Shown here: positions 37,331-48,542 of the stretch, piece after piece
Layout: each line of letters begins with the position of its first letter
Numbering within the stretch: the stretch's first letter is position 1
NCBI GenBank assembly: GCA_039621445.1
Contig: CP154954.1
Location: forward strand, 30,818,395 to 30,882,394
Origin: Euglena gracilis
Lineage: Eukaryota
DNA length: 64,000 bases
Direction of reading: 5' to 3'
The notes under the pieces: model-generated
What the model saw: only the letters and a program-made list of their open reading frames with translations
The model's database searches: none
What the model was told of the DNA's origin: nothing
Made by a program: the position numbers and the translations under genes

Positions 37331-38526
37331 CTGCCCCCCCACCACCCATACGGTTTCGGGGGCTCCTGTGCAGCCTTGGGTGCCTTTGAGGAAGGGGGGG
37401 CGGGTGGCCACTGAAAGCCATACCAAACCCAAGGAGGCCGTTTCCCTCCCAAATCGCCTCCAAAATGCCAGAAAAGTTGCGGTTGCCTCTGCCCAGAAGT
37501 GGGGCAGGAATGACGGATGGGGGGGTCCTCATGTTATCTCCATCCTTTTACGTGCATAAACTGAGAAAAAATACAGGGTGGTTATAAGATTTGCAAATCC
37601 TCCCGGGGTGATTAGAATACAATACCAAGTCAATTAGAATGGCCACGTTCATATTACTGATTGGGATTAGGTTTTTTTTTACAAAAAAATATTTGGGGTT
37701 CACCTGCAGGCTGATAAAAGTGCTCGCTGGAGTGGTGTGGCGTTGTTGTGTTGGGCTGTTGTGTTGGGTTTTTTAATGACTGCCTACAGCTACAGCCTAA
37801 AATCTTTAATATCTGCCTGCAAAGCCTGGAAAGATTCTGCAATGCGAGCCACGTCATTCACATGTGAGGGTTCCGTGTTGGAAAAGCTGGCAGGAACAGC
37901 AATGCATCCCGCAGAATACCATAAATGGAAAAATTAGGATTCCGTTTCAAATGCATGCACACAGCATTTCTGGGATCAGCCAAAAAAAGAACCGAAATAG
38001 CCAGTCCGACTTGAGTAGCTGATCCAAATTAACTTTTCTGGCAGGAATACTTTATTTTTCATATTTATTAATATTACATATATATTTATACTTATTTATA
38101 ATAAATATTTTTTATTTATTAATATTATATATATTTTATATTTATTAATATCTTTCTTTAAGAAGCAGTCGGATGCGTTGAACAAATTGCACTTTTGAAT
38201 AAAAAATATGAAAATTACAAGCCCTAGAGCCCAAGCTGGGGCACCAAAAATGACACCCCCCCTTTTTAAAAAAAAAAGCTAGTGAAAAAAGTGGTAGGTA
38301 ACAAGTTAGGTTGAGGATTTTGGAATTTCAAAAGAAGAGGACATTGAAAAATGACTGCCTCTGGCTCCAGGGCTTGGTCCACTGAGCATCAAAAACTATT
38401 TTTAAAAAGTTGAAATGCCTTCTGGCACCAAAATTCAGATCTAAAACTGCTCTGTATCTCTCATCCCAGGCCTAAGAAAAAGAGAAAAGCCTGTCCAAAC
38501 TTTATTCAGTAACCCTCTGCCCCCCC

Positions 38527-41500
38527 CACCATGCCCTGTCAGTCGGTGTGGGCGGTGTGTTGTCAGTCTGTGTTGCGGTTTCGCCCCAGGCTGGCAGGTG
38601 GGGCATCGTCAGGGGTGACGACCCTGCCAACCCTCGTCCCCGACCGCTCTTGTCTGTGTGGTGCAGACCGTTACAAACGAGCTCTGCGTCACCCTCCCGG
38701 GGGTGCGGAGGGGGGGGGGGGCTGAAAAAAACCGGCCCCAAAAACAAGGCAGCGCGGGACGGAAAAATGGTCCACTACCTACGGGGCACCCTCCGGGACA
38801 GCACCCTTTGGGGAGGGCGAGACAAGGCCCTTTCGGTGTGGAAAGAGGCAAAAATTGCCGAAAAATACGGACGGCACCCGAAGGCTTGGGGCGCGAGTAC
38901 CCAAATTAAGCCGCCGGTCCTGGGGTCGCAGCACCAACCCCTGGGGGAGGGGGTGGCCTGAGCCGCCGGTTGCTCAGTAGAACTGCCGCGGGTTTAGCCC
39001 ACAAAATGGGGCGCTGGGGGCGAGGCATGGGGGTGCGAAACAACCGCGCCATGCAATTCTGGGAAAAATGCCATGGAAAGCTCCATGGGACGCAGGGTCA
39101 CTGCGTAAATCTCTCTTCTGAATCGGTGTTGCTGGGGGAACTCCTTGGGGGGAACTCCTTGCCGACCCGAGAGTGTGTGCTTGTGGGGGAAGTGTGTTGT
39201 CAGTCGGTGTGGGCGCGTGTGTTGTCAGTCTGTGTTGCGGTTTCGCCCCAGGCTGGCAGGTGGGGCATCGTCAGGGGTGACGACCCTGCCAACCCTCGTC
39301 CCCGACCGCTCTTGTCTGTGTGGTGCAGACCGTTACAAACGAGCTCTGCGTCACCCTCCCGGGGGTGGGGGAGGGGGGGGGGCTGAAAAAAACCGGCCCC
39401 AAAAACAAGGCAGCGCGGGACGGAAAAATGGTCCACTACCTACGGGGCACCCTCCGGGACAGCACCCTTTGGGGAGGGCGAGACAAGGCCCTTTCGGTGT
39501 GGAAAGAGGCAAAAATTGCCGAAAAATACGGACGGCACCCGAAGGCTTGGGGCGCGAGTACCCAAATTAAGCCGCCGGTCCTGGGGTCGCAGCACCAACC
39601 CCTGGGGGAGGGGGTGGCCTGAGCCGCCGGTTGCTCAGTAGAACTGCCGCGGGTTTAGCCCACAAAATGGGGCGCTGGGGGCGAGGCATGGGGGTGCGAA
39701 ACAACCGCGCCATGCAATTCTGGGAAAAATGCCATGGAAAGCTCCATGGGACGCAGGGTCACTGCGTAAATCTCTCTTCTGAATCGGTGTTGCTGGGGGA
39801 ACTCCTTGGGGGGAACTCCTTGCCGACCCGAGAGTGTGTGCTTGTGGGGGAAGTGTGTTGTCAGTCGGTGTGGGCGCGTGTGTTGTCAGTCTGTGTTGCG
39901 GTTTCGCCCCAGGCTGGCAGGTGGGGCATCGTCAGGGGTGACGACCCTGCCAACCCTCGTCCCCGACCGCTCTTGTCTGTGTGGTGCAGACCGTTACAAA
40001 CGAGCTCTGCGTCACCCTCCCGGGGGTGGGGGAGGGGGGGGGGCTGAAAAAAACCGGCCCCAAAAACAAGGCAGCGCGGGACGGAAAAATGGTCCACTAC
40101 CTACGGGGCACCCTCCGGGACAGCACCCTTTGGGGAGGGCGAGACAAGGCCCTTTCGGTGTGGAAAGAGGCAAAAATTGCCGAAAAATACGGACGGCACC
40201 CGAAGGCTTGGGGCGCGAGTACCCAAATTAAGCCGCCGGTCCTGGGGTCGCAGCACCAACCCCTGGGGGAGGGGGTGGCCTGAGCCGCCGGTTGCTCAGT
40301 AGAACTGCCGCGGGTTTAGCCCACAAAATGGGGCGCTGGGGGCGAGGCATGGGGGTGCGAAACAACCGCGCCATGCAATTCTGGGAAAAATGCCATGGAA
40401 AGCTCCATGGGACGCAGGGTCACTGCGTAAATCTCTCTTCTGAATCGGTGTTGCTGGGGGAACTCCGTGGGGGAACTCCTTGCCGACCCGAGAGTGTGTG
40501 CTTGTGGGGGAAGTGTGTTGTCAGTCGGTGTGGGCGCGTGTGTTGTCAGTCTGTGTTGCGGTTTCGCCCCAGGCTGGCAGGTGGGGCATCGTCAGGGGTG
40601 ACGACCCTGCCAACCCTCGTCCCCGACCGCTCTTGTCTGTGTGGTGCAGACCGTTACAAACGAGCTCTGCGTCACCCTCCCGGGGGTGGGGGAGGGGGGG
40701 GGGCTGAAAAAAACCGGCCCCAAAAACAAGGCAGCGCGGGACGGAAAAATGGTCCACTACCTACGGGGCACCCTCCGGGACAGCACCCTTTGGGGAGGGC
40801 GAGACAAGGCCCTTTCGGTGTGGAAAGAGGCAAAAATTGCCGAAAAATACGGACGGCACCCGAAGGCTTGGGGCGCGAGTACCCAAATTAAGCCGCCGGT
40901 CCTGGGGTCGCAGCACCAACCCCTGGGGGAGGGGGTGGCCTGAGCCGCCGGTTGCTCAGTAGAACTGCCGCGGGTTTAGCCCACAAAATGGGGCGCTGGG
41001 GGCGAGGCATGGGGGTGCGAAACAACCGCGCCATGCAATTCTGGGAAAAATGCCATGGAAAGCTCCATGGGACGCAGGGTCACTGCGTAAATCTCTCTTC
41101 TGAATCGGTGTTGCTGGGGGAACTCCTTGGGGGGAACTCCTTGCCGACCCGAGAGTGTGTGCTTGTGGGGGAAGTGTGTTGTCAGTCGGTGTGGGCGCGT
41201 GTGTTGTCAGTCTGTGTTGCGGTTTCGCCCCAGGCTGGCAGGTGGGGCATCGTCAGGGGTGACGACCCTGCCAACCCTCGTCCCCGACCGCTCTTGTCTG
41301 TGTGGTGCAGACCGTTACAAACGAGCTCTGCGTCACCCTCCCGGGGGTGGGGGAGGGGGGGGGGCTGAAAAAAACCGGCCCCAAAAACAAGGCAGCGCGG
41401 GACGGAAAAATGGTCCACTACCTACGGGGCACCCTCCGGGACAGCACCCTTTGGGGAGGGCGAGACAAGGCCCTTTCGGTGTGGAAAGAGGCAAAAATTG

Positions 41501-44500
41501 CCGAAAAATACGGACGGCACCCGAAGGCTTGGGGCGCGAGTACCCAAATTAAGCCGCCGGTCCTGGGGTCGCAGCACCAACCCCTGGGGGAGGGGGTGGC
41601 CTGAGCCGCCGGTTGCTCAGTAGAACTGCCGCGGGTTTAGCCCACAAAATGGGGCGCTGGGGGCGAGGCATGGGGGTGCGAAACAACCGCGCCATGCAAT
41701 TCTGGGAAAAATGCCATGGAAAGCTCCATGGGACGCAGGGTCACTGCGTAAATCTCTCTTCTGAATCGGTGTTGCTGGGGGAACTCCTTGGGGGGAACTC
41801 CTTGCCGACCCGAGAGTGTGTGCTTGTGGGGGAAGTGTGTTGTCAGTCGGTGTGGGCGCGTGTGTTGTCAGTCTGTGTTGCGGTTTCGCCCCAGGCTGGC
41901 AGGTGGGGCATCGTCAGGGGTGACGACCCTGCCAACCCTCGTCCCCGACCGCTCTTGTCTGTGTGGTGCAGACCGTTACAAACGAGCTCTGCGTCACCCT
42001 CCCGGGGGTGGGGGAGGGGGGGGGCTGAAAAAAACCGGCCCCAAAAACAAGGCAGCGCGGGACGGAAAAATGGTCCACTACCTACGGGGCACCCTCCGGG
42101 ACAGCACCCTTTGGGGAGGGCGAGACAAGGCCCTTTCGGTGTGGAAAGAGGCAAAAATTGCCGAAAAATACGGACGGCACCCGAAGGCTTGGGGCGCGAG
42201 TACCCAAATTAAGCCGCCGGTCCTGGGGTCGCAGCACCAACCCCTGGGGGAGGGGGTGGCCTGAGCCGCCGGTTGCTCAGTAGAACTGCCGCGGGTTTAG
42301 CCCACAAAATGGGGCGCTGGGGGCGAGGCATGGGGGTGCGAAACAACCGCGCCATGCAATTCTGGGAAAAATGCCATGGAAAGCTCCATGGGACGCAGGG
42401 TCACTGCGTAAATCTCTCTTCTGAATCGGTGTTGCTGGGGGAACTCCTTGGGGGGAACTCCTTGCCGACCCGAGAGTGTGTGCTTGTGGGGGAAGTGTGT
42501 TGTCAGTCGGTGTGGGCGCGTGTGTTGTCAGTCTGTGTTGCGGTTTCGCCCCAGGCTGGCAGGTGGGGCATCGTCAGGGGTGACGACCCTGCCAACCCTC
42601 GTCCCCGACCGCTCTTGTCTGTGTGGTGCAGACCGTTACAAACGAGCTCTGCGTCACCCTCCCGGGGGTGGGGGAGGGGGGGGGGGCTGAAAAAAACCGG
42701 CCCCAAAAACAAGGCAGCGCGGGACGGAAAAATGGTCCACTACCTACGGGGCACCCTCCGGGACAGCACCCTTTGGGGAGGGCGAGACAAGGCCCTTTCG
42801 GTGTGGAAAGAGGCAAAAATTGCCGAAAAATACGGACGGCACCCGAAGGCTTGGGGCGCGAGTACCCAAATTAAGCCGCCGGTCCTGGGGTCGCAGCACC
42901 AACCCCTGGGGGAGGGGGTGGCCTGAGCCGCCGGTTGCTCAGTAGAACTGCCGCGGGTTTAGCCCACAAAATGGGGCGCTGGGGGCGAGGCATGGGGGTG
43001 CGAAACAACCGCGCCATGCAATTCTGGGAAAAATGCCATGGAAAGCTCCATGGGACGCAGGGTCACTGCGTAAATCTCTCTTCTGAATCGGTGTTGCTGG
43101 GGGAACTCCTTGGGGGGAACTCCTTGCCGACCCGAGAGTGTGTGCTTGTGGGGGAAGTGTGTTGTCAGTCGGTGTGGGCGCGTGTGTTGTCAGTCTGTGT
43201 TGCGGTTTCGCCCCAGGCTGGCAGGTGGGGCATCGTCAGGGGTGACGACCCTGCCAACCCTCGTCCCCGACCGCTCTTGTCTGTGTGGTGCAGACCGTTA
43301 CAAACGAGCTCTGCGTCACCCTCCCGGGGGTGGGAGGGGGGGGGGCTGAAAAAAACCGGCCCCAAAAACAAGGCAGCGCGGGACGGAAAAATGGTCCACT
43401 ACCTACGGGGCACCCTCCGGGACAGCACCCTTTGGGGAGGGCGAGACAAGGCCCTTTCGGTGTGGAAAGAGGCAAAAATTGCCGAAAAATACGGACGGCA
43501 CCCGAAGGCTTGGGGCGCGAGTACCCAAATTAAGCCGCCGGTCCTGGGGTCGCAGCACCAACCCCTGGGGGAGGGGGTGGCCTGAGCCGCCGGTTGCTCA
43601 GTAGAACTGCCGCGGGTTTAGCCCACAAAATGGGGCGCTGGGGGCGAGGCATGGGGGTGCGAAACAACCGCGCCATGCAATTCTGGGAAAAATGCCATGG
43701 AAAGCTCCATGGGACGCAGGGTCACTGCGTAAATCTCTCTTCTGAATCGGTGTTGCTGGGGGAACTCCTTGGGGGGAACTCCTTGCCGACCCGAGAGTGT
43801 GTGCTTGTGGGGGAAGTGTGTTGTCAGTCGGTGTGGGCGCGTGTGTTGTCAGTCTGTGTTGCGGTTTCGCCCCAGGCTGGCAGGTGGGGCATCGTCAGGG
43901 GTGACGACCCTGCCAACCCTCGTCCCCGACCGCTCTTGTCTGTGTGGTGCAGACCGTTACAAACGAGCTCTGCGTCACCCTCCCGGGGGTGGGGGAGGGG
44001 GGGGGGCTGAAAAAAACCGGCCCCAAAAACAAGGCAGCGCGGGACGGAAAAATGGTCCACTACCTACGGGGCACCCTCCGGGACAGCACCCTTTGGGGAG
44101 GGCGAGACAAGGCCCTTTCGGTGTGGAAAGAGGCAAAAATTGCCGAAAAATACGGACGGCACCCGAAGGCTTGGGGCGCGAGTACCCAAATTAAGCCGCC
44201 GGTCCTGGGGTCGCAGCACCAACCCCTGGGGGAGGGGGTGGCCTGAGCCGCCGGTTGCTCAGTAGAACTGCCGCGGGTTTAGCCCACAAAATGGGGCGCT
44301 GGGGGCGAGGCATGGGGGTGCGAAACAACCGCGCCATGCAATTCTGGGAAAAATGCCATGGAAAGCTCCATGGGACGCAGGGTCACTGCGTAAATCTCTC
44401 TTCTGAATCGGTGTTGCTGGGGGAACTCCTTGGGGGGAACTCCTTGCCGACCCGAGAGTGTGTGCTTGTGGGGGAAGTGTGTTGTCAGTCGGTGTGGGCG

Positions 44501-47313
44501 CGTGTGTTGTCAGTCTGTGTTGCGGTTTCGCCCCAGGCTGGCAGGTGGGGCATCGTCAGGGGTGACGACCCTGCCAACCCTCGTCCCCGACCGCTCTTGT
44601 CTGTGTGGTGCAGACCGTTACAAACGAGCTCTGCGTCACCCTCCCGGGGGTGGGGGAGGGGGGGGGGGGCTGAAAAAAACCGGCCCCAAAAACAAGGCAG
44701 CGCGGGACGGAAAAATGGTCCACTACCTACGGGGCACCCTCCGGGACAGCACCCTTTGGGGAGGGCGAGACAAGGCCCTTTCGGTGTGGAAAGAGGCAAA
44801 AATTGCCGAAAATACGGACGGCACCCGAAGGCTTGGGGCGCGAGTACCCAAATTAAGCCGCCGGTCCTGGGGTCGCAGCACCAACCCCTGGGGGAGGGGG
44901 TGGCCTGAGCCGCCGGTTGCTCAGTAGAACTGCCGCGGGTTTAGCCCACAAAATGGGGCGCTGGGGGCGAGGCATGGGGGTGCGAAACAACCGCGCCATG
45001 CAATTCTGGGAAAAATGCCATGGAAAGCTCCATGGGACGCAGGGTCACTGCGTAAATCTCTCTTCTGAATCGGTGTTGCTGGGGGAACTCCTTGGGGGGA
45101 ACTCCTTGCCGACCCGAGAGTGTGTGCTTGTGGGGGAAGTGTGTTGTCAGTCGGTGTGGGCGCGTGTGTTGTCAGTCTGTGTTGCGGTTTCGCCCCAGGC
45201 TGGCAGGTGGGGCATCGTCAGGGGTGACGACCCTGCCAACCCTCGTCCCCGACCGCTCTTGTCTGTGTGGTGCAGACCGTTACAAACGAGCTCTGCGTCA
45301 CCCTCCCGGGGGTGGGGGAGGGGGGGGGGGCTGAAAAAAACCGGCCCCAAAAACAAGGCAGCGCGGGACGGAAAAATGGTCCACTACCTACGGGGCACCC
45401 TCCGGGACAGCACCCTTTGGGGAGGGCGAGACAAGGCCCTTTCGGTGTGGAAAGAGGCAAAAATTGCCGAAAAATACGGACGGCACCCGAAGGCTTGGGG
45501 CGCGAGTACCCAAATTAAGCCGCCGGTCCTGGGGTCGCAGCACCAACCCCTGGGGGAGGGGGTGGCCTGAGCCGCCGGTTGCTCAGTAGAACTGCCGCGG
45601 GTTTAGCCCACAAAATGGGGCGCTGGGGGCGAGGCATGGGGGTGCGAAACAACCGCGCCATGCAATTCTGGGAAAAATGCCATGGAAAGCTCCATGGGAC
45701 GCAGGGTCACTGCGTAAATCTCTCTTCTGAATCGGTGTTGCTGGGGGAACTCCTTGGGGGGAACTCCTTGCCGACCCGAGAGTGTGTGCTTGTGGGGGAA
45801 GTGTGTTGTCAGTCGGTGTGGGCGCGTGTGTTGTCAGTCTGTGTTGCGGTTTCGCCCCAGGCTGGCAGGTGGGGCATCGTCAGGGGTGACGACCCTGCCA
45901 ACCCTCGTCCCCGACCGCTCTTGTCTGTGTGGTGCAGACCGTTACAAACGAGCTCTGCGTCACCCTCCCGGGGGTGGGGGAGGGGGGGGGGCTGAAAAAA
46001 ACCGGCCCCAAAAACAAGGCAGCGCGGGACGGAAAAATGGTCCACTACCTACGGGGCACCCTCCGGGACAGCACCCTTTGGGGAGGGCGAGACAAGGCCC
46101 TTTCGGTGTGGAAAGAGGCAAAAATTGCCGAAAAATACGGACGGCACCCGAAGGCTTGGGGCGCGAGTACCCAAATTAAGCCACCGGTCCTGGGGTCGCA
46201 GCACCAACCCCTGGGGGAGGGGGTGGCCTGAGCCGCCGGTTGCTCAGTAGAACTGCCGCGGGTTTAGCCCACAAAATGGGGCGCTGGGGGCGAGGCATGG
46301 GGGTGCGAAACAACCGCGCCATGCAATTCTGGGAAAAATGCCATGGAAAGCTCCATGGGACGCAGGGTCACTGCGTAAATCTCTCTTCTGAATCGGTGTT
46401 GCTGGGGGAACTCCTTGGGGGGAACTCCTTGCCGACCCGAGAGTGTGTGCTTGTGGGGGAACCGTGTTGTCAGTCGGTGTGGGCGCGTGTGTTGTCAGTC
46501 TGTGTTGCGGTTTCGCCCCAGGCTGGCAGGTGGGGCATCGTCAGGGGTGACGACCCTGCCAACCCTCGTCCCCGACCGCTCTTGTCTGTGTGGTGCAGAC
46601 CGTTACAAACGAGCTCTGCGTCACCCTCCCGGGGGTGGGGGAGGGGGGGGCTGAAAAAAACCGGCCCCAAAAACAAGGCAGCGCGGGACGGAAAAATGGT
46701 CCACTACCTACGGGGCACCCTCCGGGACAGCACCCTTTGGGGAGGGCGAGACAAGGCCCTTTCGGTGTGGAAAGAGGCAAAAATTGCCGAAAAATACGGA
46801 CGGCACCCGAAGGCTTGGGGCGCGAGTACCCAAATTAAGCCGCCGGTCCTGGGGTCGCAGCACCAACCCCTGGGGGAGGGGGTGGCCTGAGCCGCCGGTT
46901 GCTCAGTAGAACTGCCGCGGGTTTAGCCCACAAAATGGGGCGCTGGGGGCGAGGCATGGGGGTGCGAAACAACCGCGCCATGCAATTCTGGAAAAATTCC
47001 ATGGAAAGCTCCATGGGACGCAGGGTCACTGCGTAAATCTCTCTTCTGAATCGGTGTTGCTGGGGGAACTCCTTGGGGGGAACTCCTTGCCGACCCGAGA
47101 GTGTGTGCTTGTGGGGGAAGTGTGTTGTCAGTCGGTGTGGGCGCGTGTGTTGTCAGTCTGTGTTGCGGTTTCGCCCCAGGCTGGCAGGTGGGGCATCGTC
47201 AGGGGTGACGACCCTGCCAACCCTCGTCCCCGACCGCTCTTGTCTGTGTGGTGCAGACCGTTACAAACGAGCTCTGCGTCACCCTCCCGGGGGTGGGGGG
47301 GGGGCTGAAAAAA
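38527..47313. repeat. Tandem array of ~661-bp near-identical units (~13.3 copies)
   Basis: Identical ORFs recur every 659-662 bp; the differences are mostly homopolymer length. Confidence 0.98.
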
Positions 47314-48542
47314 ACTCTCTCTCTCTCTCTCTCTCACATCACATCACATCGCATCGCATCGCATCACATCAAATCACATCACACCACATCACATCACACA
47401 CACATGCACACAAGCACGCATGCGCACACCCACCCACCCTCCACACACATCATACACATGCACACACACACACATCGCGCGCACACACCATATTGACGAA
47501 GCGGATCTGGAAGCCGGTCTCGCCACCAAGCTCTTGTCCCCGCTCGCTGGAGATGTACTCCGGGATGGTGATGGCGGAGATGCGGCGCGGCTGTGTCGCC
47601 CACAGCACCCCCTCAGGGCTGACCCACACCGCGAACAGGGTCGAGAGGGTGCCTTGCCCAACCGGCTTCACCATCCAGGCCTGCCCCCCCCCAACCCCAC
47701 ATGTCCCAACAACGCCGAGGCCGGCCTGAGCACAATGATCTGGCGGTCTCCGGGGACGATGTTCGCATCCAGGAGGAACTGCGGGATGAGGGTGGTCTTC
47801 CCTGTGAGTTGGAAGGACCGGGGAAGATACCCGACACACAACGCTTTCCCAAACAGAAATTGATGCCACAGGAAAAGCACTTCGGCGGGGTCACAATGTG
47901 AGTATTACACAGTTGTAATATTGTTGGAGGAATTTCGACTCGACTAATTTTCTTAGTTATTCAAACACACACACAAAGAATCAAATCGTTCTATTGAAGG
48001 TTGAAGACTTCAAAGGAAATGCTTCCAATTATGACACAGCAGGGTCGTTTTGCAGAGGCCCTTTACCGTTCGACAAATGATCTGAAAAAAAAACTTGCAA
48101 AACGTATGTGAGAAATGGTCGCCAGGAATTAAAGTTTCAAACCAAGGGTCAGAGCTGAGGCTTGTAAACCCTGTTCTGTCAAGGCTCTGTGAAGGGCAGA
48201 CAGAAGGTGTCATACCACACCCCGTCCCGCCTGAGATGACGGTCACCTTGTTGTCCGCCACCGCCCGCACCAGCTGCAGGTTTTCTTTGTCCATTGGAGA
48301 CCAGGGGCTGAGAAGGGAGGGGGGAGGTTGAGCAGATGCCTGGGACCCCGAGTTGGCGCTCCACCTCCCAGGCAGAACAAACGCCCGGATATAGAAACCC
48401 TGGCCACCTCCTCGCGGACGAAGTACGACGGCATCGCCTTGCTCCGGGCGGAGTACTTCTGCTCGTTGCGCCGCAGGCACTCCACGGCAAAGTCCGCCGG
48501 GCTCATGGCCGGCGGGCGGCGCTGCTCCGCGGGCTTGGGGGG
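47245..48542 (-). CDS. DEAH/RHA-family RNA helicase, N-terminal RecA1 exons (motifs I, Ia and start of Ib)
   Basis: Exons 48542-48408, 48273-48216, 47801-47732, 47597-47489 and ~47283-47245 give MPSYFVREE-LVRAVADNKVTVISGGTGCG-KTTLIPQFLLD…IIV-TQPRRISAITIPEYISSERGQELGGETGFQIRFVNM-VTQSSFVTVCTT. Confidence 0.9.

Noticed and set aside
38970-46890. Repeated + strand ORFs (MLSRTAAG…, MVQTVTNEL…) as real genes
   Set aside because: Their frames change with homopolymer length between units, and they have no recognisable domain.
38527-47313. SL RNA/5S rRNA, tRNA or snoRNA tandem gene array (unit ~0.6 kb), or CRISPR
   Set aside because: No recognisable spliced-leader or 5S sequence on either strand; only weak A-box and C/D-like matches; no unique spacers.
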